Below the pieces are notes generated by a model that was not told where the DNA came from, did no database searches, and saw nothing but the letters and a program-made list of their open reading frames with translations. The position numbers were made by a program, and so were the translations under genes. 64,000 nt of DNA from contig CBDDBZ010000026.1 of the NCBI GenBank assembly GCA_965225945.1, positions 92,771-156,770 of the forward strand, read 5' to 3'. This stretch comes from Alphaproteobacteria bacterium. GTDB lineage: Bacteria; Pseudomonadota; Alphaproteobacteria; GCA-2731375. Each line of letters opens with the position of its first letter. Position 1 is the first letter of the stretch. Of the stretch, positions 41,901 through 52,236 are shown piece after piece.

Positions 41901-44900
41901 CGCTCGATTCCTTGGACCTCGACGCCTATCTGCCGCCCGCGACGGCGCCGGTGAAGCGCGCGAAGCAGGCGGCGAAAGGCACCGACCAGGCGCCCGGCGC
42001 GGCGATCGGCGCGGCGCTGGCCGGGCTGGCGCCGCTGGCGGGCTTCGATGCCGCCATCAAGGCGCGGGCGGGAGAGCTGGTCGCGGCTGGCCAGAGACTG
42101 AGCGATGTCGCGATCGATGCGAGTTTGCGCGACGGCACGCTGCGGCTGGAGACGCTTCGGATCGGCGCCGTGGCGGGGGCTTCGCTCGCGATCACGGGCA
42201 CCGGCGTCGGCCTCGCCCGGGCGCCGGAGGTGGCACTCGACTACGAGCTCACGGCCCCCGAGGGACGGGAACTGGTGGCGCTGCTGGCACCCGACCTCGC
42301 GGTCGACGCGATCGGCGCGGTCGCGCTGAAGGGCCGGGTCGGGCTGACCGCGGCGGGGCTCCGGCTGGAGAGCAAGGGCCGGCTCGGCGGGGTGACCACC
42401 TCCGTCGAGGCCGCGTTGGGCTTGAGCGCGGGCGCGCCGGTGGCGATCGAGGCGGCGCTTCGCGTCGAGGATGCGGCGCTGACGGCGAAGCGCTTCGGCA
42501 TCACATTGCCGGCGGACGTGGGCGCGGTGGCGCTCAGCCTGACGGGGGCGGGCACGGCCTCGGAGGCGAAACTCGAGGCGCGCTTCGCCGGGCTCGGCGG
42601 CAAGGCCGATTTCACCGGGGCGCTCGGCGGCCTCGACGCGACACCCGGCCTCGCGGGCGAGTTGCGGCTCACCCATCCGAGCCTCAAGGGCCTGCTGCCA
42701 CCCTGGGTCGCTGCCTATCGCCGAAGGGCGACGGCGGACCCGGGCGCGCTCGCGCTTACGACCCGGCTCGACGTCAATGCCTCGCGGACGCGACTCGACG
42801 GTCTGAAAGCCACCCTCGGCGCGCTGGCCTTCAACGCCGGCGCGACCTTCTCGCACGACGGGCGGGCGCCGCACGTGCTCGCCCTGGCGTTCGAGGACGT
42901 GGAGGTAGAGCGGCTGTTGGCGCTGCTGCCACCGGCGGAGCCGGAACCGAAGTCCCCAAGCGCGGCGAAGGCGCCGGCGGGCCTGGTGCCGGGCGACCTC
43001 ACGGCCAAGCTCCGCGTTACCGCCAAATCGCTTCGCTGGCGGGGCCGCAAGTTCACCGCGCTCGATCTGGCGCTCCGGGCCGAGAAGGGTGCGATCCATG
43101 TCGACAAGGCCAGCGTCAAACTTCCCGGCAAGGGCCAGACCACGCTCGCCGCCAAGATCGGCGAGGACGCCGGCAGCCTCCGCGTCGCGGGCAATTTAAA
43201 CCTCGAAACCCGCAATCTCCGACCGCTGCTCACGCTCGCCGAGGTCAAGTTGCCGAAGACGCGCAAGCGACGCTTCGGCCACGTCAAGCTCAAAACGACG
43301 TTCGTGGCCAGCGCCGGCGGCGTTCACGCGCGAAAACTGAAGCTCCGGCTGGACGACACTACGATCACCGGTGATTTGAGCGTGGAGCTCGGTGCCCGGC
43401 CCTTGATCGTCGCCAGCCTCCACCTCGATCGCCTGGTCGTCGACGACTACCTGCCGGCCAAGGGCAAGGCGCCGGCCGGGAAGACGAAGCAGGATCCGGC
43501 CGCCGGGCTGGCGGCGCTCGCTGCCTTCGACGCCCGTCTCGGTCTGGCCTTCGGCAAGCTGGTCCACGAGGGCAGGGCGGTTCGCGACGCGCGGGTGACG
43601 GCGGTCCTGGACAAGGGCCGGCTGACCATCAAGAAGCTCACCATCGCCGACGCGGGAAGCGCCCGGATCACGCTCTCGGGCAGCCTCGTCGATCTGGCCA
43701 CGACTCCCGGGATTGATGCCGATTACCGGCTCGAGACCAAAACCGCGGGCGCCTTCGCCCGGTGGCTCGACCCGAGCCGGGCCAAAGGGCCCGAGATCGG
43801 CGCCTTGAAGCTTTCAGGCAAGGCGAGCGGCACGCTGATAGCAATGAAGGCCCAGCTCGACGCCGACCTCGCCGGCGCCACGTTGGCTCTCGACGGCGAA
43901 TTTGCCCGCGAGAAGGCGGGCCCGCGCTATGCCTTCGACTTCAAGCTCGACGCCGCCAACCCGCTTCCCTTGATGCGCTTCGCCGGCCTCTCCCCGCCCC
44001 GGGGCGGACAGGCGCTCGGCGCGGTCCGCGCCCGGGGCAAGATGCGCGGCAATGCCGAATCGATTCGGGTCACAGGCACCGCGAACCTCGCCGGGGCGAC
44101 GGCGGAGATCGATGGCATGCTGGGCCTCCGCGCCGGGGCCCCCCTCGCCGTCCGCGCCAAGATCGACGCGCCGAAGCCGCAACGCCTGTTGGCGCTCGCC
44201 GGCATCGCCGCGCCGGTGAACACCGGGCCGATGCGTCTCGACCTCGTCGCCAAGGGACGGACCGAGGCGGCCACCCTCGACGCCACCATCGAGGTCGCGG
44301 GTGGCGTGGCGACGGCCAAGGGCAAGGTCGGCGGACTCGATGCCTCACCGAGCGCCGACCTTCGCCTGACGCTCGACCACCCCGATCCGGTGAACCTGAT
44401 GAAGACCCTGGGCCTGGTGGCGCCCGGCGCGCGAGCCCCCGCCCCCGTCCGTCACAATTTCTCGGCCCGCCTCGTCGCCAATGCCAAGCGAATCCGCCTC
44501 AACGACATCGTCCTCTCCCAAGGCCGGGACCGGCTGGTCGGCAGCCTCACCTATCGAGCCTCGGCGACGCCGCCGCGCCTCAACGCCCGCTTCAAAACCC
44601 GACGGTTCGATCTGCGCCCGTTGCTGCCCGATACCTCCAAGTCCAAGCGGGCGAAGCGGGCGAAGCGGGTGTTCCCCGCCGATCCGCTGCCCTGGAAGAC
44701 ACTGCGCGGCCTCGATGGCCAGATCGACGTCGAGGCGGGGCAGCTCCGGGTGCGGGACCTGGCGCTCCGCAATCTGGTGGCCCGCATCACGCTCCGGAAC
44801 GGCGATCTAGAGGTCAAGCCGCTGCAGGCCCTGGTCGGCGGCGGCTCGGTCAAGGGCTTCATTCGTCTCGCGCCCAAGGCGGGTGGCGAGGGGCTGCTGA

Positions 44901-45858
44901 CGGTCAACCTGAAGGCCCGGCGGGTTGACCTCCGCCAAGTGTTCAAGGAACTCGACATCAAGGAGGAAGTCCGCGGCAAACTGGATGCCGACATCCGCAT
45001 CCGGGGGCGGGGCGCGTCGGTTGCCCAGATCATGGCCCGCGCCAACGGGCGCACCGAGATGATCGTCGGGCGCGGCCGGATCGACAACCAGCTCATCGAT
45101 GTGGTCGGCGCCGACCTCGCGCTCGGCAACGTCGGGAGCAGCGAGCCCTACACCACCATCAACTGCGTCGTCAGTCGCTTCCAGATCAAAAGCGGCATCG
45201 CCACCGCGACCGACCTCGTCCTGGACACCGACCGCACGACCATCGTCGGCGAGGGCAAGGTCAATCTCCGCAACGAGCGCCTCGACTTCGGCATGGATAT
45301 GACACCGAAGAGCGGCGCGGGCGTCGAGGGCACCGGTCGGACGACCTGGCAAAACGCCACGTTGCATAAAGGACCGTCACTTCATTGAAATTTATCTGAA
45401 ATCGGAGGTGAACGACACCAGCTTCCTGGGCCAGTAAACGGATTGAGGATCACGTTCTTGCGTGTCGCTTCGTCTTCTGGTCAAAGCCGTACGTGACGTC
45501 TGCGGCTGATCAAGGGACGACCTTCAGCCTGGGCCAGCTGGTCAAGCCGTTCCGGCTGATCGGCACGCTCGCCAATCCCAAGGTCGGGCTCGACCCCGTG
45601 AAGAGCGGCCTAGCCCTCGGCAAGGCGATCGGCGGGACGATGCTGTTCGGCCCCGCCGGCATCGCGGCGGTGCTGGTCGGCGGCGATACCGGAAGCGCCG
45701 AGAACCCTTGCCTCGCCGCGATCGACCAGGCGGCGAAAGGCGTCGCGGCGCCGTCCAGTCAGGGCGATGGCGGCAGCGCCGTCGAGCGCGCGACAGGGAC
45801 GGTCGAGGACACGGTCAAGGGCCTCGGCAAGGCGATCGAAGGTCTGTTCAAGCGCTAG
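38921..45858 (+). CDS. Giant AsmA-family protein (~2253 aa once the 176-bp insert 45347..45522 is removed)
   Basis: N-terminal anchor and AsmA N domain (LERLADGRANW), 3 repeated modules, AsmA C domain (INC.V..F.I..G); tail 45523..45858 rejoins in frame. Confidence 0.85.
45347..45514. other. Mosaic insert made of pieces of the 33427..34181 element, between GGACGACC duplications
   Basis: 45347..45419 = 33610..33682; 45433..45477 = 33795..33839; GGACGACC at 45339 and 45515. Confidence 0.85.
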
Positions 45859-45938
45859 GCGCCAGCGCTTGCCGCTGGGGCGAGGAGGGGCCAGGATGGC
45901 GCCGGCGCGGCCCGCCTTGCCGCGCGCGGGAGTGGTGA

Positions 45939-47639
45939 ATGACGGACGAAGTGGCGCTGGAGACCGATGTCGTCGTCGTCGGCTCGGGGGGCGCCGGCAT
46001 GTATGCGGCGTTGGTCGCGGCCCGTGACGGGGCCGATGTGCTGTTGCTGGACCGCAGCCTGATCGGGCGCGGCGGCGCCACGGTGATGGCGCAAATGACC
46101 GTCGCCGCGGCCATCGGTCATGCCGAGCCCGACGATTGGCGGGCCCATCTTGCCGACACGCTCGCCGCCGGGCGCGGCCTCAACAACGAGGTGCTGGCCC
46201 GCGTGCTCTGCGAGGAGGCGCCGGACCGCATCCTGGAGATGGCCGAGTGGCATGTCGGTTGGGCGCGCGACGGCGAGGGCATCGCCCAGGCGATGGCGCC
46301 GGGCCACTCCGCGCGACGTTGCGTCTATGTCGATTTTCTCGACACCGGGCCCGCCGTCTCGCGCACCTTGAGAGCACGGCTCGCCCGCGCCGAGGGCGTC
46401 CGGCGGCTGAGCGACTTGGTGGCGAGGGACATCGTGGTCGACCGGGCTCGCACCGTCGGCATCGTCGCCCACCATCTCATCAGCGGCCGCGCCGTCGCGG
46501 TTGCCGCCGGCGCGGTGGTGCTGGCGACCGGCGGTCTCACCCGGCTCTACGCGCGCAACAGCGCGTCGGCCAACATGGGAGGCGACGGCTTCGCGCTGGC
46601 GCTCAAGGCCGGCGCCTCCCTGGTCGACATGGAGTTCGTGCAGTTCTTCCCGATCGGCCACCTGGCGCCCCGGATGATCGGCATGGACCCGATCATGTGG
46701 GACCCCTTCCGCTACAAGCTCGGCGGCCGGCTGCTGAATTCGGAGGGTGAGGAATTCACCGCGCGCTACGGCGTCGCCGAGGACGGGCGCTACAAGGTGG
46801 CGCGCGATCTCGCGACCTACGCCATCATCAAGGAGGTGGAAGCCGGCCGGGGCTCGCCCCACGGCGGCGCTTGGCTCAGCTTCGAGCATATCCCAGAAGC
46901 CGATCTTCGCGCCGCCTTCGGCCCGGTGATCGACCGCTTGGCGGGGAACGGCATCGACCTGACGCAAACTGCGATCGAGGTCTCGCCGATCGCGCATTAC
47001 CACATGGGTGGTGTCGTGGTGGACGAGAGCATGGAGAGCGAGGTCGCTTGCCTCTTTGTGGCGGGAGAGTTGGTCGGCGGGCCCGGCGGCGCCAACCGGC
47101 TTTCCGGCAACGCGGTGAGCGAGGCCCTGGTGTTCGGCGCCCGGGCCGGCGCGGCGGCCGCGAAAAGGGCGCGCGAGGACGGCCGATCATCGGCGATGGG
47201 CGCGCTCCGGGCGGCCCTCGGGGCGCACGCCGACGAGAGTGGCGGCGAGGCTGCCAACGGGTTCAATCCGGCGGCGCGGATCCTGGAATTGCAGGCGCTG
47301 ATGAACCGGAACGTCGGGCCGTTCCGCGACGCCGACGGGCTCGGCGGCGCGCTGGCGCGGATCGAGGCGATGCGCGAGGAACTGGCCGCCATCGGCCCGC
47401 CGCGCGCCGTGGGCGCCTTCGACCCGGCCTTTCTCGATTCACTTGATCTCGACAACATGCTACTGACGGCCGAAGCGATCACCCGCGCGGCCCTGGCCCG
47501 GACCGAGAGCCGGGGCGCGCACCAGCGCGAGGATCATCCGGAAATGGACGAGACCTGGACCCGGAACCAGCACCTGCGTTTGACCGAGGCGGGCCTTCGT
47601 CTGGAGCAGCACCCCGTGGTGCGGGAGCGGGCGGCGTGA
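45939..47639 (+). CDS. SdhA/FrdA/NadB-like flavoprotein
   Basis: GSGGAG, DMEFVQF.P, HYHMGG, GANRLSGN, RTESRGAH. Confidence 0.88.
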   Translation: MTDEVALETDVVVVGSGGAGMYAALVAARDGADVLLLDRSLIGRGGATVMAQMTVAAAIGHAEPDDWRAHLADTLAAGRGLNNEVLARVLCEEAPDRILEMAEWHVGWARDGEGIAQAMAPGHSARRCVYVDFLDTGPAVSRTLRARLARAEGVRRLSDLVARDIVVDRARTVGIVAHHLISGRAVAVAAGAVVLATGGLTRLYARNSASANMGGDGFALALKAGASLVDMEFVQFFPIGHLAPRMIGMDPIMWDPFRYKLGGRLLNSEGEEFTARYGVAEDGRYKVARDLATYAIIKEVEAGRGSPHGGAWLSFEHIPEADLRAAFGPVIDRLAGNGIDLTQTAIEVSPIAHYHMGGVVVDESMESEVACLFVAGELVGGPGGANRLSGNAVSEALVFGARAGAAAAKRAREDGRSSAMGALRAALGAHADESGGEAANGFNPAARILELQALMNRNVGPFRDADGLGGALARIEAMREELAAIGPPRAVGAFDPAFLDSLDLDNMLLTAEAITRAALARTESRGAHQREDHPEMDETWTRNQHLRLTEAGLRLEQHPVVRERAA

Positions 47640-47983
47640 GCGCGCCCGGGGATGGGAGCGCCGTCACTCGGCTCCGCGTCAAGCGCGGCACGCCCGAGGA
47701 CGATCGGGGCTTCGAGCTTTTCGAGGTCGCGTTCGAGCCGGGACAATCGCTGCTCGACGGCTTGCGCCGAATCCGCGCCGAAGTGGATCCGAGCCTCGCC
47801 GTCCGCTTTTCCTGCATCAACGCCAACGCCTGCAAGGAATGCATCGTCAAGCTCGACGGCAAGACGGTCTATGCCTGCACCACGCGACTGGTGGCGGGTG
47901 AGATGACGGTGGAGCCGCTCCCCAACAAGCCGCTGATTCGCGATCTCGTCACCGACATCGCGCCCAGAAGCGACCGCATCTGA
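47636..47983 (+). CDS. 2Fe-2S protein (SdhB N-terminal domain only)
   Basis: DPSLAVRFSC....C..C..ACT..RDLV. Confidence 0.85.
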   Translation: MSAPGDGSAVTRLRVKRGTPEDDRGFELFEVAFEPGQSLLDGLRRIRAEVDPSLAVRFSCINANACKECIVKLDGKTVYACTTRLVAGEMTVEPLPNKPLIRDLVTDIAPRSDRI

Positions 47984-47998
47984 GGCGGTGGCGCGGCC

Positions 47999-48247
47999 AT
48001 GAAAACGGTGTCGATGACCGAGGCCAATCAGCGGTTCTCCCGGCTGATCCGGGAAATGGAAGTCAGTGGCGAGGGCTATATCATCTAGCGGCGCGGCAAG
48101 ACGGTCGCCCGGCTGATCCCCGCGAGCGACGACAAGATCAAGGACCCCGAATGGCGCGCGGCCTACGAGCGCATGATGCGACATATGGAACAGGGCGCGA
48201 ATTTGGGCGGGCTTCGGGTGACGCGGGACGAACTTTATGACCGTTGA
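47999..48247 (+). pseudogene. Phd/YefM antitoxin with internal TAG (48086)
   Basis: MKTVSMTEANQRFSRLI..YII*RRGKTVARLIP..TRDELYDR. Confidence 0.8.
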
Positions 48248-48326
48248 GGCGGTGCTCACCCTCGACACCCATATTCTGATCCATGCCATCGACCGAGACG
48301 CCGGCGCCAAGCACGAAGCAGCCTAG
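48237..48326 (+). pseudogene. PIN/VapC toxin N-terminal remnant
   Basis: LTLDTHILIHAIDRDAGAKH then TAG; remainder missing. Confidence 0.7.
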
Positions 48327-48364
48327 GAGATCATGGGCGGGCAGCGCGGCGCACGGGCGACGCC

Positions 48365-50131
48365 CTACCCCCGCATCCGTGCCCGTAGCGCCTCGGTCTC
48401 CGCCGTGTCGACCTCGGGCGGGCTCCCGGCGACGACGACGCCGTAGGCAACCGCGGCGTGGGCGGGCGAGATCTTCTCGTCGGCGACGTCGTCGCGCACC
48501 GCGCCGGGCGAGCGCAATAGCGGATCGCCGTGGCCGCCGCCGCTCGCCAGGCGAATGCGGATCACGTCGTCGCGGCGGATGGTGGTGAGGAACTTGGACG
48601 GCATTTGCTCGACCTCGCCGTCGGCGCGCGCAATGACGACGTCCGAGGGTGCCCCGGTGGCGCCGCCCTCCAAGCCGTAGGGCGCGATCTTCCTGCGGTC
48701 GGAGCGGACCTGGATGATCCCCTCCCGCCCGGTGAAGCGGAGATGGCGCTCCAGCGCCAGGCCGCCCCGCCAGGCGCCGGGGCCGCCGCTATCGGCGATG
48801 AAGCCGTAGCGTTCCACGATCAACGGCTGCTCGGCCTCCACCAGCTCGATCGGCGTGTTGGCGTAGTTGACGATGATCCCGGTGCAGGCGTCCATGCCGT
48901 CGCGCCACGGGCCGCCGCCCCACGAGCCGACGAGGAATTCCAGATAGACGAAGGGATTGCCCTCGTCGTCGTAGCCGCCGAGGCTGACGCCGGCGTCGGG
49001 GGAATTGCCGCCGCTCGCCGGCACCACTTCGGGCCGGATCTGGGCTAGTGCCCCCATCACGGTGTCGGCGATGCGGAAGCCGGCGAGGCCGCGCGCGGCC
49101 ACCGGCGAGGGGGCTGCGCAGTTCACGATCGAACGCTCCGGCGTCACCACCTTTATCGGGCGGAAGAAGCCGGCGTTGTTGGGAATGTCGCCATCCATGA
49201 TCGAGCGGACGCAGGCCCAGGCGGCCGACGCGGTGAAGGGATAGACCGAGTTGATCGCGCCGCGCACTTGCGGCGAAGAGCCGGTGAAATCCAACACCAT
49301 TTCCTCGCCCGCGATGGTGATCTTCACCGCGAAGGTGATCCGGTCGGGATCGATCCCGTCGTCGTCGATATAGTCGGTGAAGACGTATTCGCCGTCGGGG
49401 AGCTTGGCGACCTCGGCTCGGGTGAAGCGCTCGGTATAGTCCAGCAGCTCGGTGCAATAGGCCTGGAAGTCCGCGACGCCGTGGCGTTCGATCAGCCCGA
49501 GGAGCTGGCGCTCGCCGATCATGCAGGCGGAGATCTCGGAGCGGATGTCGCCGATCACCGTCTTCGGCAGCCGCACGTTGCGCTCGATGATGCGGAATAC
49601 GGTCTCGCACGGCTCGCCCGCCTCGTAGAGCCGGATCGGCGGCAGGCGCAGGCCCTCCTGGTAGATCTCGGTCGAGTCGCTGGCGTTGCCGCCCGCGACC
49701 CGGCCGCCGATGTCGGTCTGATGGGCGAGCGCGGCGGCATAGCCCACGATTCGGCCGTCCAGGAAGATCGGCTTGACGCAGACCACGTCCGGCAAGTGCG
49801 TGCTGCCGTCCCAGGGATCGTTGGTGACGTAGATGTCGCCCGGCCGCATGTCGCCGCCGAACTGGCGCTGCATCGCGATGATGGCATAGGGCATGGCACC
49901 CATGTGGAGCGGCAGGCAAGTGCCTTGCGCGATCAGCCGCCCCTCGCCGTCGAACAGCGCGGTGGAATAGTCCAGTGCCTCCTTGACCACGAAGGAGCGC
50001 GCGGTGCGCTGGATCGTCGCCGCCATTTCGTCGGCGATGGAGGCGAGCGCGTTCTTCACCACCTCCAGGGTGAAGGGATCGCGGGTCCGTCCGGTGCCTG
50101 AATCGTCCAGGGCGAATTGTTCGGCCATCAT
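48365..50131 (-). CDS. Hydantoinase B/oxoprolinase family
   Basis: NDPW..THLPD, HQTDIGG..GG, YQEGLRLPP, DSGGPG..RGG. Confidence 0.93.
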   Translation of the reverse strand: MMAEQFALDDSGTGRTRDPFTLEVVKNALASIADEMAATIQRTARSFVVKEALDYSTALFDGEGRLIAQGTCLPLHMGAMPYAIIAMQRQFGGDMRPGDIYVTNDPWDGSTHLPDVVCVKPIFLDGRIVGYAAALAHQTDIGGRVAGGNASDSTEIYQEGLRLPPIRLYEAGEPCETVFRIIERNVRLPKTVIGDIRSEISACMIGERQLLGLIERHGVADFQAYCTELLDYTERFTRAEVAKLPDGEYVFTDYIDDDGIDPDRITFAVKITIAGEEMVLDFTGSSPQVRGAINSVYPFTASAAWACVRSIMDGDIPNNAGFFRPIKVVTPERSIVNCAAPSPVAARGLAGFRIADTVMGALAQIRPEVVPASGGNSPDAGVSLGGYDDEGNPFVYLEFLVGSWGGGPWRDGMDACTGIIVNYANTPIELVEAEQPLIVERYGFIADSGGPGAWRGGLALERHLRFTGREGIIQVRSDRRKIAPYGLEGGATGAPSDVVIARADGEVEQMPSKFLTTIRRDDVIRIRLASGGGHGDPLLRSPGAVRDDVADEKISPAHAAVAYGVVVAGSPPEVDTAETEALRARMRG

Positions 50132-52236
50132 CACTCTCCTTCGCGTCGTTCGGCGTCGACCTCGATCAGAAGCGCGCCCCAATCGACCGCGCGGACCCGG
50201 CAGCCGGGCGGCACCACGGTCGTGCTGTCGTATTCCTCGACGATGAACGGCCCCTCGCGCCACGCCGCGCCTATCCAATCGCGCCCGACGACGGGCACCT
50301 CGATGCGGCCGACCTCGGGGCCGAAATAGACCGGGCGCCGCGCGCCGTCGCCCGCCTCGACGCGCGCTCGGGGCGTGATCGCCAGCGCCTCCGGCACCCG
50401 GGGCGTCTCGGACCGCCCCCGGGCGATCACCCGGAGGTTGACCAGCTCCACCACCTCGTCGTCGCTCCGATAGCCGAAGGTTCTCTCGTGCTCCTGGGCG
50501 AAACTCTCCGCCATCGCCTCGCCGATCGCCGTATCGGCGGCGACCGGCACGGTCAGGGACGCGTTCTCGCCCCGATAGCAGAGATCGGCGAAGCGTTCGA
50601 ACTCCCTTCGCTCGGGCCCGAAGCCCTCGCCCTCGAGCGCGTCGCGCCCGGTCGTCTCCAAGGCGCCGTAGGCCTCGGCCAGCGCCGCTTCGTCGGCGCC
50701 GGCCAGCGCCTGCTTCAGGGTCCGGACGTGATGGTGCTCGGTCTCGGGGAACAGCAGGCCGAGGGCGCTGAAGACGCCCGCGGCCGGTGGCACGATGATC
50801 TCGGTGATGTCGAGCGAGCGGGCCAGCGTCACCGCGTGCACCGGCCCGCTGCCGCCGAAGGCGGCGAGCGCGAAGCGCCGGGGATCGCGCCCCCGCTCGG
50901 AGGAGACGGCGCGAAGCGCGCGGGCCATCGCCGCGTTCGCGACCTGATGGATGCCCCAGGCGGCCTCGTCCAGCCCGGTGCCCAGGGGATCGGCGATCTG
51001 CTGGCGGATCGCCTCGCGTCCGCGCTCGGCGTTCAACAACAACTCGCCGCCGACCAGGCGGTCCGGGTTGACGAAGCCGAGGGCGACGTTGGCGTCGGTC
51101 ACCGTCGGCGTCTCGCCCCCCTGGTCGTAGCAGACCGGGCCGGGGACGGCACCCGCGCTCTCGGGCCCGACGGTCAGCGAGCCGCCGGCGTCGATCCGGA
51201 CCAGGCTGCCGCCGCCGGCGCCGACCTCGGCGATGTCGATCGCCGGCACGCTGACGTGATAGCCACCGCCCTTCAGTATCCGGGAGGCGACGTTGATGCC
51301 GGCGCCGACGTCGAGCTCGCCGACCCGGTCGTAGGCGCCGCCCTCGATGATCGCCGCCTTGGCCGTGGTGCCGCCCATGTCGAAGGTGAGCACGTCCGGC
51401 CGGGCGAGCTTGGCCGCCAGCTCCGCCGCGCCGACGACGCCGGCGGCGGGCCCGGACTCGATGATATGGATCGGCCGGGCCCGCGCCGCCTCGAGCCCCA
51501 TGGCCCCGCCGCTCGACTGCATGATCTTGAGCGGGGCGGCGATCCCGAGCGCGTCGAGCGCCTCGCGCAAGCGGCGCAGATAGCGGCTCACCACCGGCAG
51601 GATATAGGCGTTGACGACGGCGGTGCTGGTCCGCTCGTATTCCCTGATCTCCGGCAGGATCTCGGAGGAGATGCAGAGCGGCAGATCGGGTGCGCGTTCG
51701 CGGACCATCTCGGCCAGCAGCACCTCGTGCGCGCCGTTGGCATAAGCGTTGATCAGCGAGATCGCCACCGCCTCGACCCCGCCCGCGAGCAAGCGGTCGA
51801 TCGCCTCGCCCGCCGCCGCCTCGTCGAGCGGGCGCAGGACTTCGCCCCGGTGGTCGACCCGCTCGGCGATTTCCAGCCGGTCGGCGCGCGCCGCGAGCGC
51901 CGCCGGCTTGGTCCAGAGGAGATCGTAGAGCCGGGGCATCCTGAGCCGGCGGATCTCCAGCACGTCGCGGAAGCCCTCGGTGGTCAGAAGTCCGGTACGG
52001 GCGCCGCGCCGCTCCAGGATCGCGTTGGTGGCGACCGTGGTGCCGTGGATCAGCTCGTCGATTCTCCCCGGCGCGATCTCGCGCGACTCCAGCTCCGCGG
52101 CCAGGCCCTCGGCGATGCCGCGGCTATAGTCGTCCGGCGTCGAGGGGACCTTGACCGCGAAGACGCCGCCCGCTGCGTCCAGCAGCACGATATCGGTGAA
52201 GGTGCCGCCGATATCGATGCCCACGCGATGCGACAT
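50131..52236 (-). CDS. Hydantoinase A/oxoprolinase family
   Basis: GIDIGGTFTD, HGTTVATN, SGPAAG, DMGGTT, GAGGGS. Confidence 0.95.
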   Translation of the reverse strand: MSHRVGIDIGGTFTDIVLLDAAGGVFAVKVPSTPDDYSRGIAEGLAAELESREIAPGRIDELIHGTTVATNAILERRGARTGLLTTEGFRDVLEIRRLRMPRLYDLLWTKPAALAARADRLEIAERVDHRGEVLRPLDEAAAGEAIDRLLAGGVEAVAISLINAYANGAHEVLLAEMVRERAPDLPLCISSEILPEIREYERTSTAVVNAYILPVVSRYLRRLREALDALGIAAPLKIMQSSGGAMGLEAARARPIHIIESGPAAGVVGAAELAAKLARPDVLTFDMGGTTAKAAIIEGGAYDRVGELDVGAGINVASRILKGGGYHVSVPAIDIAEVGAGGGSLVRIDAGGSLTVGPESAGAVPGPVCYDQGGETPTVTDANVALGFVNPDRLVGGELLLNAERGREAIRQQIADPLGTGLDEAAWGIHQVANAAMARALRAVSSERGRDPRRFALAAFGGSGPVHAVTLARSLDITEIIVPPAAGVFSALGLLFPETEHHHVRTLKQALAGADEAALAEAYGALETTGRDALEGEGFGPERREFERFADLCYRGENASLTVPVAADTAIGEAMAESFAQEHERTFGYRSDDEVVELVNLRVIARGRSETPRVPEALAITPRARVEAGDGARRPVYFGPEVGRIEVPVVGRDWIGAAWREGPFIVEEYDSTTVVPPGCRVRAVDWGALLIEVDAERREGE

